Source of the DNA: a virus
Lineage: Duplodnaviria; Caudoviricetes
IMG/VR virus record: IMGVR_UViG_3300036982_000428
Coordinates: 1 to 43,286 of that record
DNA length: 43,286 bases
Direction: 5' to 3' (one strand)
The notes beneath the pieces were generated by a model. The model was given only the letters and a program-made list of their open reading frames with translations. It did not search any database and had not been told where the DNA came from. Below, piece after piece: positions 1 to 8,868 of the stretch. Position 1 is the first letter of the stretch, and each line of letters opens with the position of its first letter. A program made the translations under genes and the position numbers.

Positions 1-320
1 AAATGGTTCAAGAATCAGCGGTGGTTTAACTGCTCCTGACTTCACTACTAAGAAACGTGGTAGTTGTGGACAGGAAGAGATTGTTAAGCAATCAAGAACT
101 GTTACTTTGACTGATGCTGAAAATGATGCTGATTTCTCTGTTGATGAAATGTATAATTTCTTAGCTGTTCCTGCAAAGTATTCCGGTTATGAGTTTGGTT
201 TTGTAACTTGTGATGGTCGCTTTCTTGGATGGTATGAGAATGTAGCTGTAAGAGCATTCTATCAGATTGCTGAAACAGATGAAGATGATTCATACTGGAC
301 TGCAGAATTTAGATTTAATG
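1..320. repeat. Left copy of 320-bp terminal overlap (circular/terminally redundant contig)
   Basis: Identical to 42967-43286 except at positions 67, 124, 136 and 193. Confidence 0.97.
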
Positions 321-649
321 AGACTATTGGTAACTTCACACAACAGCAGTTATCATTCTTGTTAGATCTTCCTGCTAATGTTTGTTGGGTACAGAGTATT
401 ACTTGTAAAGGATTTGGTAATGCAACTACTGTTCCTAATGGTGGTACATTGCAAATTGTTTCTACTGTTAATCCTACAAATGCTACTAATCCAATTCTGA
501 ATTATAGTGTTGTTGCTGGTACAGGTACTGCTACAATCAATGCACTTACAGGATTGTTAACCGGTACAGGTGTTGGTACAGTTACAGTAATTGTTTCTGC
601 TACAGATGCAAGTGGTGTTACTTGTAGTCTTGAAATTGAAGTTGTCTAA
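2..649 (+). CDS. Major tail (tube) protein with C-terminal Ig-like (Big_2-type) domain; 3' part of a gene that spans the origin (true start 42740, about 291 aa)
   Basis: Frame is open from position 2 and continues the ORF starting at ATG 42740; C-terminus TVNPTNATNPILNYSV...GTATINALTGLLTGTGVGTVTVIVSATDASG is Ig-like; followed by a terminator. Confidence 0.7.
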   Translation, partial: NGSRISGGLTAPDFTTKKRGSCGQEEIVKQSRTVTLTDAENDADFSVDEMYNFLAVPAKYSGYEFGFVTCDGRFLGWYENVAVRAFYQIAETDEDDSYWTAEFRFNETIGNFTQQQLSFLLDLPANVCWVQSITCKGFGNATTVPNGGTLQIVSTVNPTNATNPILNYSVVAGTGTATINALTGLLTGTGVGTVTVIVSATDASGVTCSLEIEVV

Positions 650-669
650 GTGTTTAATAATTTTGTTAG

Positions 670-698
670 CAGGGTAGTATAAAAGCTACCCTGTTTTT
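670..698 (+). terminator. Intrinsic terminator after tail tube gene
   Basis: CAGGGTAG/CTACCCTG 8-bp stem followed by T5. Confidence 0.8.
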
Positions 699-711
699 AA
701 ATTAAATAAAG

Positions 712-2499
712 ATGAATATAGAACAATATTTGGCATTCATGGATGAAATTGCGGTGGGTTTATTATCTCCACCTATACATCCATTTAAGGAAGAATGGAA
801 GCGTATTTATGAAGAGATGAAGCCACACTTTTATGGTCAGGTTCCACCTGTATTAGAAGTTGCGTTTCCGAATGAAGAACCAAATATTTTAAATTATAGA
901 AAGGCTACATACCAGGCTAAAACAGAAAGTCCATTGGTAAAAGCTATAACAGAATTAAATAGGTTGTTAAGTTCTGCAAAGCATTCCATCAAGTTTGAAA
1001 ACATGGAGATGCAGAATTATTTGAATGATAAAATGTTTGGAGATAATGACCTGGTTAGGTATTTCTTCAACATATTTATTCCAAATAGAATACTGGACCC
1101 TAATGCAGTTCTATTAGTTAATCCGGTAAACATAGTTGACGAAACACAAAAGGTAGATATAGAATTAAGTATTATTCCATCAGACAGAATTATATTTAAT
1201 GACCCTGACTATAAGTTATTGATATATAAAGGAATTAACAAGAAAAAATATAGCACTTTTGCGTTACAACAGCCATTATGGTATCATGTAGTGACTGATG
1301 AATTTTATGCTGAAATAAAAAGCATTGATGGTAAGTCTGAATTGACTGTGTTGTATCAGCACAATACTGGTTACATGCCTTGGATAACTTTAGGTGGTAG
1401 AGCAGTACCTATGTATGATATTTACGGTAACAGTTTTACTATTTATAAATCAGATTTCAGTCCGGCTATTCCTTATCTGAATGATGCTGCAATCTTTGAC
1501 AATCAGCACAAATCAGTAATGTTATCTACATGCTTTCCTATCAAGTTTGTAGAGGGAGTAGACTGCCATTCATGTCATGGTGTTGGTTACGTTATGGATA
1601 AGAATGACCATGACCACACAATAGGCTGTAATACCTGTCATGGACATGGTAAGATTTTAAGTATAAGTCCTTTGGCTGCTTATAATATCAATCCGACTAC
1701 AAATAGATTTCCTGATGCTAATGCAAATACTCCAGTAGATCCTATCAGATTCTATTCTCCTGACACTTCTACCATTGAGTTGACAAAGACTGTTGCCAAT
1801 GAAAGTTTGTTGAAAGCAGAAAATGTTTTGAACCTAAACAGGACCATAAATTCTGTTCAATCCGGTGTTGCAAAAGAATTGGATAGAGAATCTGAATATA
1901 TTGAGATAGGCAAAATAAGTGATGATGTTTATTCTAAGTTAGAAGATCTACTTTATATCATCCAGGGATTAGTTTTCATGGACAATGACAGTCAGATTAC
2001 TGTTAATAAGCCTATCAGTTTTGACCTTAAATCTGAAACAGAATTATTAGCAGAGTTCACAGCATCACAGAAAGGTCAGCCTGCTGCAATCAGATATGAA
2101 TCTTACAGAAACTACATGGATAGAAGATTCAGTTCTGATGCTGTTGCAAGACAGATTGCTGATATTTGTGCAATGTATACTTCTATTTATCTTTATACTC
2201 CGGAAGAAATTCAGGTCATGATTGGTACTGGAAGCATAACACAAGAAGATGCAGTAAAAGCTACATTTGTTTTTGATGCTGTTACTACTTTGTACTATTC
2301 AGAAAACTATGACATCATGACAAATGATTTCAATGCTATCAATCAGGAATTAGACCGTATTTTAGCCCCAAGATTAGAATCAGCACAAAGTGTAGTTATA
2401 CCTGAACAGATTGATTTTAATGACACTTTGATTGTGAATGATGACAGTAATGATGACAGTAATGATGACAGTAATGATAATGATGAAGATAATATTTAA
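712..2499 (+). CDS. Portal protein with inserted DnaJ-like CxxCxGxG zinc finger and acidic tail
   Basis: 595 aa; precedes minor head and scaffold genes; portal-like QSGVAKELDR motif; CHSCHGVG...CNTCHGHG. Confidence 0.75.
   Translation: MNIEQYLAFMDEIAVGLLSPPIHPFKEEWKRIYEEMKPHFYGQVPPVLEVAFPNEEPNILNYRKATYQAKTESPLVKAITELNRLLSSAKHSIKFENMEMQNYLNDKMFGDNDLVRYFFNIFIPNRILDPNAVLLVNPVNIVDETQKVDIELSIIPSDRIIFNDPDYKLLIYKGINKKKYSTFALQQPLWYHVVTDEFYAEIKSIDGKSELTVLYQHNTGYMPWITLGGRAVPMYDIYGNSFTIYKSDFSPAIPYLNDAAIFDNQHKSVMLSTCFPIKFVEGVDCHSCHGVGYVMDKNDHDHTIGCNTCHGHGKILSISPLAAYNINPTTNRFPDANANTPVDPIRFYSPDTSTIELTKTVANESLLKAENVLNLNRTINSVQSGVAKELDRESEYIEIGKISDDVYSKLEDLLYIIQGLVFMDNDSQITVNKPISFDLKSETELLAEFTASQKGQPAAIRYESYRNYMDRRFSSDAVARQIADICAMYTSIYLYTPEEIQVMIGTGSITQEDAVKATFVFDAVTTLYYSENYDIMTNDFNAINQELDRILAPRLESAQSVVIPEQIDFNDTLIVNDDSNDDSNDDSNDNDEDNI
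2437..2472 (+). repeat. Coding tandem repeat (AATGATGACAGT)x3 = NDDS x3
   Basis: Seen directly in the portal C-terminus. Confidence 0.9.
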
Positions 2500-3353
2500 T
2501 GGCTGATCTGAATAAACCATACAAGATAACTGAAAAGGTCAACGGTATTTTAGAAAAAAAACTAAGTATAGTTGAACCTAAATTTGTTAAGCAGGTTGTT
2601 GAGTGGATAAATAAATTCCAAACAACATCAGGAAATATTATTAGAACAAAATCGAATAGAGATAGGATTGCTACATTTAAAACTGCTATTGAAAGATTTC
2701 TTGAACGTGCCGGATATTATGACATGGTTAGTCAGTTTCTAACTGGATTTGACCAAATGGCAGCAGCACAGACAGAGATTCAGAAAGATTTGAATGCAAT
2801 TACTTTGACTAAAAGTTTTTTAAATACCTACAAGAGAATAGCAATAAATCAGGTTGTAACTAACATGGTTAAGCAAGGATTATTAACTACTCTAATCAAT
2901 CCAATCCGAAATGAATTGAACATTGCAGTCAATCAAGGTTCAAGTTTATCAGATGTAGTTGAATCAATCAGAGGTCAGTTAAGCACTAATGAAAAGAGAC
3001 AAGGTATTTTAAAGAAACTTTCTTTGCAGTCCACCAGGGATGCTTTAGGTCAGTATGATGGTACAGTTAATGAAGCTGTAAGAAAGACTTACAAGATGGA
3101 TGGCATTTTATATGTTGGTAGCTTAGTAAAAGATTCAAGACCACAATGTGAAAGATGGACAAAATATGATTTAAACGGTAAAAGAGGTTTAATTAAGTTT
3201 GAAGATTTAGAAAATGAAATATTATGGGCAGATAACAATGGAACTGGTATGATACCAAATACTACTCCTGAAAACTTCTGTCAGAATAGAGGTGGATATA
3301 ATTGCAGACATGTAGCTTATCCAGTTAGGCTACCAAAAACAGAAAACAAATGA
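2499..3353 (+). CDS. Minor capsid / head morphogenesis protein (MuF/SPP1 gp7-like)
   Basis: Follows portal; SRPQC...GGYNCRH C-terminal motif. Confidence 0.75.
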   Translation: MADLNKPYKITEKVNGILEKKLSIVEPKFVKQVVEWINKFQTTSGNIIRTKSNRDRIATFKTAIERFLERAGYYDMVSQFLTGFDQMAAAQTEIQKDLNAITLTKSFLNTYKRIAINQVVTNMVKQGLLTTLINPIRNELNIAVNQGSSLSDVVESIRGQLSTNEKRQGILKKLSLQSTRDALGQYDGTVNEAVRKTYKMDGILYVGSLVKDSRPQCERWTKYDLNGKRGLIKFEDLENEILWADNNGTGMIPNTTPENFCQNRGGYNCRHVAYPVRLPKTENK

Positions 3354-3541
3354 TAATTATTAGAGCAATCAACAAAGCAACACAAGCAACACATGAGTTC
3401 ACTCCTACTGAATGGTATGAAGAACAAAAGACAAATAAATATCTTTATTCCGGTACTGTATTCAAGGAATCACAGAACATTACTCCAATACAGCCTAAAG
3501 TAGTACAAAAATCAGGTCGTGGATGTGGCTGCAGAAAATAG
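3350..3541 (+). CDS. Hypothetical protein, C-terminal GCGC motif
   Basis: ATGA overlap with the upstream gene. Confidence 0.6.
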   Translation: MIIIRAINKATQATHEFTPTEWYEEQKTNKYLYSGTVFKESQNITPIQPKVVQKSGRGCGCRK

Positions 3542-3783
3542 ATATGTTTATAGAACTGATGGTAAAACAATATGTCAAAGATGAAGATGATATATCAATT
3601 GATGATATTGAATCTTGTGACATTAGACATGTAAAGTGTTGTATAAATAAACAGCATGTAAGCAGTTTTGAACAGTCAAGTTTTGACCTGGAAGAAACAA
3701 TTATTATGATGAGTAACGGAGAGCAGATAACTGCATTGGTTAGTTATAAGATTTTTAAAGCATTATTTTTAAAACTAAATTAA
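3523..3783 (+). CDS. Hypothetical protein (start may be 3544)
   Basis: Fills the gap within the operon. Confidence 0.55.
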   Translation: MWLQKIDMFIELMVKQYVKDEDDISIDDIESCDIRHVKCCINKQHVSSFEQSSFDLEETIIMMSNGEQITALVSYKIFKALFLKLN

Positions 3784-3788
3784 GACAA

Positions 3789-4622
3789 ATGGAATTTTTA
3801 AAAACAGTTGTAGAAAAGTTAGGGTTTGACCCTGAAACATTGGATAAGCTATCCAAAAATGAATTACCCATTGATGATGCTGTTAATGGTTATGTAAGCA
3901 GGATTGAAAAATCTGTTACTGAAAGATTATCAAGACAGATTGAAGAACAGAAGAAAACAGAATTGTTTGGTGCTGCCTATGCTAAGACAGAAAAGCAGTT
4001 AGCTGATGAATTTCAACTGGACTTGACTAAATATGATTCTGTTGATAAACGTGACCGGTATAAGACTATTCTGAAAGATTTAAAGCAATCTCAATATGAG
4101 ATGGTAGAAAAGCTGAAACAAGAATATACAACAGCAGATCAACAGAAACTTCAACAACTTACACAGCAGTTAGAATTAGCCAATGCAAAGCTGAATGAAG
4201 AAAAAAGAACAGCACAGGAACTGGTAATGGCTGAACAGAATAAGTTCAAAGACTATTTAAGAAATCAGCAGATTGATGGAATCAGAAACAAACTGGTAGA
4301 ATCAATCAAAAATCCGAGACTTACTCCTAAAGAAATGAGAGCAGTTTTTGAAGCTGATGTAAGAGAAAATGGCTATACTTTTGAACTTGACCAGGACAAT
4401 AATGTTTGGGTAAATAAGGATGGCAACAGAGTTAAGCATCCAATGAAACCAACAGAGAATCTGAAATATGAAACATTGTTTGAGATTGTTTCACTTGAAA
4501 ATAATTTCATTAAGCAAAGCAATGCAACAGATAACACTACTAAGTTTGTGTTTGAAGAAAAGTCTAAGGATGGCATTCATCCGGCAAGATTGAAATATCT
4601 TCAAGAACGTGGTTTAATATAA
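3789..4622 (+). CDS. Putative capsid scaffolding protein
   Basis: Charged, coiled-coil-rich 277 aa in head module ahead of the capsid gene. Confidence 0.6.
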   Translation: MEFLKTVVEKLGFDPETLDKLSKNELPIDDAVNGYVSRIEKSVTERLSRQIEEQKKTELFGAAYAKTEKQLADEFQLDLTKYDSVDKRDRYKTILKDLKQSQYEMVEKLKQEYTTADQQKLQQLTQQLELANAKLNEEKRTAQELVMAEQNKFKDYLRNQQIDGIRNKLVESIKNPRLTPKEMRAVFEADVRENGYTFELDQDNNVWVNKDGNRVKHPMKPTENLKYETLFEIVSLENNFIKQSNATDNTTKFVFEEKSKDGIHPARLKYLQERGLI

Positions 4623-4638
4623 TCCTAACTATCTAAAT

Positions 4639-4670
4639 AAAAAGAGCCTGGTATTATCCAGGCTTTTTTT
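4639..4670. terminator. Bidirectional intrinsic terminator
   Basis: A-run, AGCCTGG/CCAGGCT stem, T-run; lies between convergent genes. Confidence 0.85.
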
Positions 4671-4671
4671 A

Positions 4672-5508
4672 TTACATCAGATTGTTAAGTTTCATTGACC
4701 GAATTAAACGTGTTATTCCAATACCACCTCCCCAACGTGGAATAAAATCATGTCTTAGAAATTCATTTAGTTCATCCAATACTCTGTTATATCCAAAGGT
4801 TGAAAATAGTTTTTCAGAATATTTACCATTTTCGATTGTAAAAAATGTTTCTCTCATTTGTTCCTTATCACATGAACGTTCTGCAGATCCTATTGTTTCC
4901 TGACCACTTAGAATTACATCAATCTTATTTGCTGTTCCGGTATTGTTTCTGCTCATGTTCCAAAATGGATTTGTATATTCCGGAAATTGATTTATGAAAA
5001 CTATTGGACCAAAATCTTTTTCCATTGCATTTTCTTCAATAGATGTAAGTTCTTTCATGTCATAGTGATTAGCCAATTGTTTATAGCTATAATTATGAAA
5101 TTCACGTTTGAATCCAAGATAATCTAATAGGTCAATTTCAAATTGATACAGGTCAGCAATTCCACCATGTGATTCAAATTCAAACATAGGAAATATCTTA
5201 CAATGTCTACCCTCAATTGCATTCGGTTCATTCCGGTAAGATGTAGACAAACAGAAACATCCTGCAATAGTTGGGGTTTTTAATAAACTTCCCTCCAGGT
5301 GCATCTGACCTGTTTGTGGCAATGGATAAACTTGTGAATCATACACAAATGTGCTGATGTTGTGTGGATCTTCACAGGCTGCAAGAATAGACAATCTGTT
5401 TTGTGTATGGACTTCAAGAAATCCTTTTTCAAAACAAAATTCCCTTAATTTTTTTGTTACAAAAGTAAAATCCGCATCGTTAATATGCGGATAGAAAGAA
5501 TTGTTCAT
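4672..5508 (-). CDS. Class IIb aminoacyl-tRNA synthetase catalytic-domain-only protein (AsnRS/AspRS-like; possibly archaeal-type asparagine synthetase)
   Basis: Motif 1 region LREFCFEKGFLEVHT; LPQTGQMHLE; motif 2 YRNEPNAIEGRHCKIFPMFEFE; ETIGSAER; motif 3 GGGIGITRL; no N-terminal OB anticodon domain; start ATG 5508 preferred over 5553 because a small ORF ends at 5513. Confidence 0.85.
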   Translation of the reverse strand: MNNSFYPHINDADFTFVTKKLREFCFEKGFLEVHTQNRLSILAACEDPHNISTFVYDSQVYPLPQTGQMHLEGSLLKTPTIAGCFCLSTSYRNEPNAIEGRHCKIFPMFEFESHGGIADLYQFEIDLLDYLGFKREFHNYSYKQLANHYDMKELTSIEENAMEKDFGPIVFINQFPEYTNPFWNMSRNNTGTANKIDVILSGQETIGSAERSCDKEQMRETFFTIENGKYSEKLFSTFGYNRVLDELNEFLRHDFIPRWGGGIGITRLIRSMKLNNLM

Positions 5509-5512
5509 GTAG

Positions 5513-5620
5513 TTAATTATTTTTATCTTCAAAATATTGGTCTTGATGTTCATCTTTTGCCATCACTAAACCTATCAGAATCAAAAATATCGCAATTGTT
5601 AATATTATTATAGCAGTCAT
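5513..5620 (-). CDS. Small single-TM protein (35 aa), not in ORF track
   Basis: Hand translation MTAIIILTIAIFLILIGLVMAKDEHQDQYFEDKNN; fits the gap between neighbouring genes. Confidence 0.65.
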   Translation of the reverse strand: MTAIIILTIAIFLILIGLVMAKDEHQDQYFEDKNN

Positions 5621-5630
5621 AGTATTTTTT

Positions 5631-5969
5631 TTATTTAGTTTCAAATAAAGGAAACATTTTACTAATCTGATCCTGATTGCGAGTTACTCTGATGGCATCT
5701 TTCCATTGATGCTTCCAGTTATGCAAAGCAGAATCCTGTTCTTCAATTGATTCATAAATAAAAATAATTCTATAATACTCACGTTCTTTAACAATTGCTT
5801 TTTCAATCATTGCTCTGTCATCCATTGCCATGAACATAAGCGGTTGTAATAGTTGTGGATTTTCTGTTGAAACTACCTGAACACAGTAGAATAGTTTTTG
5901 AGCAGGTTTAGTTTGGGCAGTTGCAGAAATGCTAAGTAATAATCCGAGTGCAAATAATAATGTTTTCAT
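5631..5969 (-). CDS. Secreted SPOR-like domain protein
   Basis: Bacteroidota-style signal peptide (ATA|Q); YCVQVVS...YYRIIF.YESIEE...WKDAIRV resembles the SPOR fold. Confidence 0.55.
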   Translation of the reverse strand: MKTLLFALGLLLSISATAQTKPAQKLFYCVQVVSTENPQLLQPLMFMAMDDRAMIEKAIVKEREYYRIIFIYESIEEQDSALHNWKHQWKDAIRVTRNQDQISKMFPLFETK

Positions 5970-5992
5970 TGTGATTAAGATTTAAAGAGTTG

Positions 5993-6256
5993 TTAAATAA
6001 AATTGTAAGATGATTCCCAGTCTAATTTGTCTTGTGTATTTAGATTTATCTCTAAAAGTTTGTGTAAATCTTTTTCAGATATAGCTAATAAATTTGCTAA
6101 GTATTCAGGTTCAATACATTCTCCATCTAAAATTATATCTGTTATTTGCCAGTAAGCAGGAATATGTTCATGATGGAATCCATCACCATAAGCATCAATA
6201 AAAGTTCCGGTAACTTCAATTGTGTAATCTTTGATTTTAATTGTTGTTGTTGTCAT
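5993..6256 (-). CDS. Hypothetical protein
   Basis: ORF in the inverted cassette. Confidence 0.7.
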   Translation of the reverse strand: MTTTTIKIKDYTIEVTGTFIDAYGDGFHHEHIPAYWQITDIILDGECIEPEYLANLLAISEKDLHKLLEINLNTQDKLDWESSYNFI

Positions 6257-6428
6257 GGTTTAAAAATTTTTCAGATAAATAAATGTTTTTGCCTTGTAGT
6301 TTGTAAACATATAAAGTATTACTATCCATCATCATGTAAGATTTAATGTGAATAATTGTACTTGTAAAAGGTTTTGTCATTCCATCATTGTAAGTGACTG
6401 TATCACCTATTTTGAATTTGCTTTGCAT
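6237..6428 (-). CDS. Hypothetical small beta protein (KFKIGDTV start)
   Basis: First ORF downstream of the - strand promoter. Confidence 0.65.
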   Translation of the reverse strand: MQSKFKIGDTVTYNDGMTKPFTSTIIHIKSYMMMDSNTLYVYKLQGKNIYLSEKFLNHDNNNN

Positions 6429-6476
6429 GATCTTAAAATTTAGTGGTTAATAATTCCGTATTCGTTAATGATGAAT

Positions 6477-6507
6477 CAAAGATACAACTGTTTTTTATAC
6501 TTGCAAA
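6477..6507 (-). promoter_or_regulatory. Bacteroidota sigma-70-type promoter for the inverted cassette
   Basis: TTTG (6507-6504) - 19 nt - TATCTTTG (6484-6477), matching the TTTG-N19-21-TAnnTTTG consensus. Confidence 0.8.
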
Positions 6508-6551
6508 TATTTTTATAAAAAAATTATTTTTTTTTCTGCATTATTTAAAAT

Positions 6552-6559
6552 TATCTTTG
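6552..6559 (+). promoter_or_regulatory. TAnnTTTG -7 element upstream of major capsid gene
   Basis: TATCTTTG; no clear -33 TTTG. Confidence 0.55.
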
Positions 6560-6671
6560 TTTTTGTAAGTCCTCTCACACTTATACGATGCTCAAAGCAT
6601 AGATTTTGTCGCTTTTTGGTAGCGAATTTATACCAACACAATTTTTTCCAATTTTTAAATTTACTTAAATA

Positions 6672-8384
6672 ATGAGTATCAAATTAGCTGATGCGTGGAA
6701 AATTATAGACCTCACGCTGAACAATAACAACGGCATGCGTTCCATGCCATCTCCGAACATTGGACTTTTACAACTTCTTACATCTGCTGCTAACAGAGCT
6801 GCTTCCAGGGTTAAACTTGGTAACGTACAGGCTATTGATCGTGGTGATGGAAAAGTTTACAAAGTTTCACGTTCTTTCTTCCCTCGTTTAGGTCAGGTAA
6901 ACAATGCTTCTGTAGAATATTGCCCTACAGATGGTGATGTTATCAAACCTTTGTATGATGAAGTAGAAATCAAGAATCAGACTGTTTCAAGAAAAATCAA
7001 AATTGACGATGAGTTAATGAGATGTATCAAAGAAAACAGAGCAGATTATCAGAATGCTTACATCAATGAAGTATTAAGAAATCACATTAACCTATTAGGT
7101 CAGCAAGTTTCTACAATTGTAGGTACTAATGGTTATATCGGTGGCTTTCCTAAATGTGATTGTGATAGCACTCCTGCTGCATGTCTTGACCTGCCATTGT
7201 TTATTTCTACTGGTTTAGGTATCAATCCGGTTGGTGAATCAATCCTTGATTCTATCCGCAAACAAGCTGAAATTGACCAACAATTAGTTTTAGTTGGTGG
7301 TACTTTGCTTGACCAATACAGAAAAGCAAGAGCAATTGCATCCGGTAATGATAACGGTTTTGATGCTTCTTTGTTGGACATCACACGTTCTATCTACTAC
7401 GATACACATATTCCTGCTGCAATGGGTGGTAATAACAAAATCATTGCAATGGCACCTGGTGCTCTTCAATTGATCACTTATGCTAAGAATCAAGGTCAAT
7501 TCTCTTATGAGTTTGAAGACCAAATGAGAACAACTGTCGTTGACCCTTGGTTAGGTCTTACACATGATGTTTACATGTCTTACAGCAAGTGTAATGCTGA
7601 AATTGAACTTTATATCCAGTTCGTTACTAATTGGGCTGTAGTTGGTATGCCAAAATGTTGGTCTGCTGATGATTGCTTACTTGAAAACGTTCTTGATGTA
7701 TTCTGTTTTGATGTTGTTTGTGCTGATACTGGATATTGCGATATTGAAGCTGCTTGTGGCAAAACATCTGTTTCTGCTCCAACAACTGCTGTATTCTGCG
7801 ATAGTGCTGAATTGTGTGTATCTCCATGTGATGCAGGATTTGTTTCTGAATGTGGTGGTGTTTACAATGTATTCAACTATGTTGGTTCAACTTATGAAGA
7901 AGTAAGTGCTGTTGTGATCAATGGTATTCCAATTTCTTTGGGTGCTGCTTATGACCTTACTACATCTTCCGGTGGAAATGCTTTCATGGTTGCTCTACAG
8001 GCTGCTCTTGCTAACATTCCAAGTATCTTATCTGTTTCAGGTGGATGGGATGGTACAGATACAGTTGTAAACATTGTAACTAATAACACTATCCTTACTA
8101 TCAGCTTATTTGATAATGCTGCAGGTTATGTTGCACTTAATCTTGAAGTATCTGAACTTTGTCATATTGTTAGCACATCTGTAGCTTCTACCGGTGCAAC
8201 TTTGACAAATCTTGACTGGACTGTTCCAGGTCCTGTAACTTTTGATGGTGCTCCTGGTGCAAGTATCTTTACTGCTGGATTTGTAGGTACTTATAGTAAC
8301 TTCTTCACTGATACAACTGGTGCTTATCAGTTAGTAATCACTGATTCAGTTGCTTGTACTGATACATTCAATGCTACAGTTTAG
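6672..8384 (+). CDS. Major capsid protein with Cys-rich linker and C-terminal beta-rich extension
   Basis: 570 aa; position after scaffold; own promoter and terminator; codon usage typical of high expression. Confidence 0.7.
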   Translation: MSIKLADAWKIIDLTLNNNNGMRSMPSPNIGLLQLLTSAANRAASRVKLGNVQAIDRGDGKVYKVSRSFFPRLGQVNNASVEYCPTDGDVIKPLYDEVEIKNQTVSRKIKIDDELMRCIKENRADYQNAYINEVLRNHINLLGQQVSTIVGTNGYIGGFPKCDCDSTPAACLDLPLFISTGLGINPVGESILDSIRKQAEIDQQLVLVGGTLLDQYRKARAIASGNDNGFDASLLDITRSIYYDTHIPAAMGGNNKIIAMAPGALQLITYAKNQGQFSYEFEDQMRTTVVDPWLGLTHDVYMSYSKCNAEIELYIQFVTNWAVVGMPKCWSADDCLLENVLDVFCFDVVCADTGYCDIEAACGKTSVSAPTTAVFCDSAELCVSPCDAGFVSECGGVYNVFNYVGSTYEEVSAVVINGIPISLGAAYDLTTSSGGNAFMVALQAALANIPSILSVSGGWDGTDTVVNIVTNNTILTISLFDNAAGYVALNLEVSELCHIVSTSVASTGATLTNLDWTVPGPVTFDGAPGASIFTAGFVGTYSNFFTDTTGAYQLVITDSVACTDTFNATV

Positions 8385-8407
8385 TAATAATTTTTGAATG
8401 ATGATAT

Positions 8408-8435
8408 GGGGTAGAGTAAAATCTGCCCCTATTTT
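8408..8435 (+). terminator. Intrinsic terminator after capsid gene
   Basis: GGGGTAGA/TCTGCCCC stem followed by TATTTT. Confidence 0.7.
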
Positions 8436-8449
8436 AAAAAAAAATATAT

Positions 8450-8866
8450 ATGAATAAGATTCAGGAAGCAATAAATATCATAAAGAAATTTCATCCATCT
8501 TTCAATGTTCAGAAAACTGATGTTGAAGAAATTGTATTTCTGTTCGATTATAAAATGAATAAGAAAACAGTTGGATCAGAAAAGATTACACAGGCAGTTG
8601 AGAAAGCTGTTAAACAACAAGACTATCCTAAATCGGTTAAATACCAGGATGGAATGTTGTTCATCCTTAAACCTGAAACGATTGCAGACCCGGTTAAGGA
8701 ACAAACGAAAGAGATTAAGGAACAAACAAAAGAAACTGTAAATGAAGAAGTTACAGTAGAAGAAGCACCAAAAAAACGTACAAGGAAGAAAAAAGAAGAT
8801 GTGGACACTTCAAGCAATAATGTGGACACTTCAGAATCAAATGTGGACACTTCAGAAACTGAATAA
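8450..8866 (+). CDS. Hypothetical protein with low-complexity acidic/basic tail
   Basis: 138 aa; PKKRTRKKK and VDTS repeats. Confidence 0.7.
   Translation: MNKIQEAINIIKKFHPSFNVQKTDVEEIVFLFDYKMNKKTVGSEKITQAVEKAVKQQDYPKSVKYQDGMLFILKPETIADPVKEQTKEIKEQTKETVNEEVTVEEAPKKRTRKKKEDVDTSSNNVDTSESNVDTSETE
8799..8854 (+). repeat. Three copies of ATGTGGACACTTCA at 21-nt period (coding VDTS)
   Basis: Copies start at 8799, 8820 and 8841. Confidence 0.9.
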
Positions 8867-8868
8867 TT

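Noticed and set aside
102-293. - strand 63-aa ORF and its copy at 43068-43259
   Set aside because: Shadow of the tail tube gene; the SNPs are synonymous in the + frame, and some change amino acids in this one
5470-5492. 8-bp hairpin ATCCGCAT/ATGCGGAT near the AsnRS-like start
   Set aside because: A single isolated hairpin in coding sequence with no U-tract; insufficient evidence
7133-7905. Multiple short overlapping ORFs within the capsid gene (and similar ones at 8961, 14509, 35999, 40577)
   Set aside because: Antisense or alternate-frame shadows of strongly biased coding sequence, with no independent signals
8799-8854. Three direct repeats resembling a mini-CRISPR
   Set aside because: Only 7-nt spacers, in-frame 21-nt period, no cas genes; a coding low-complexity repeat
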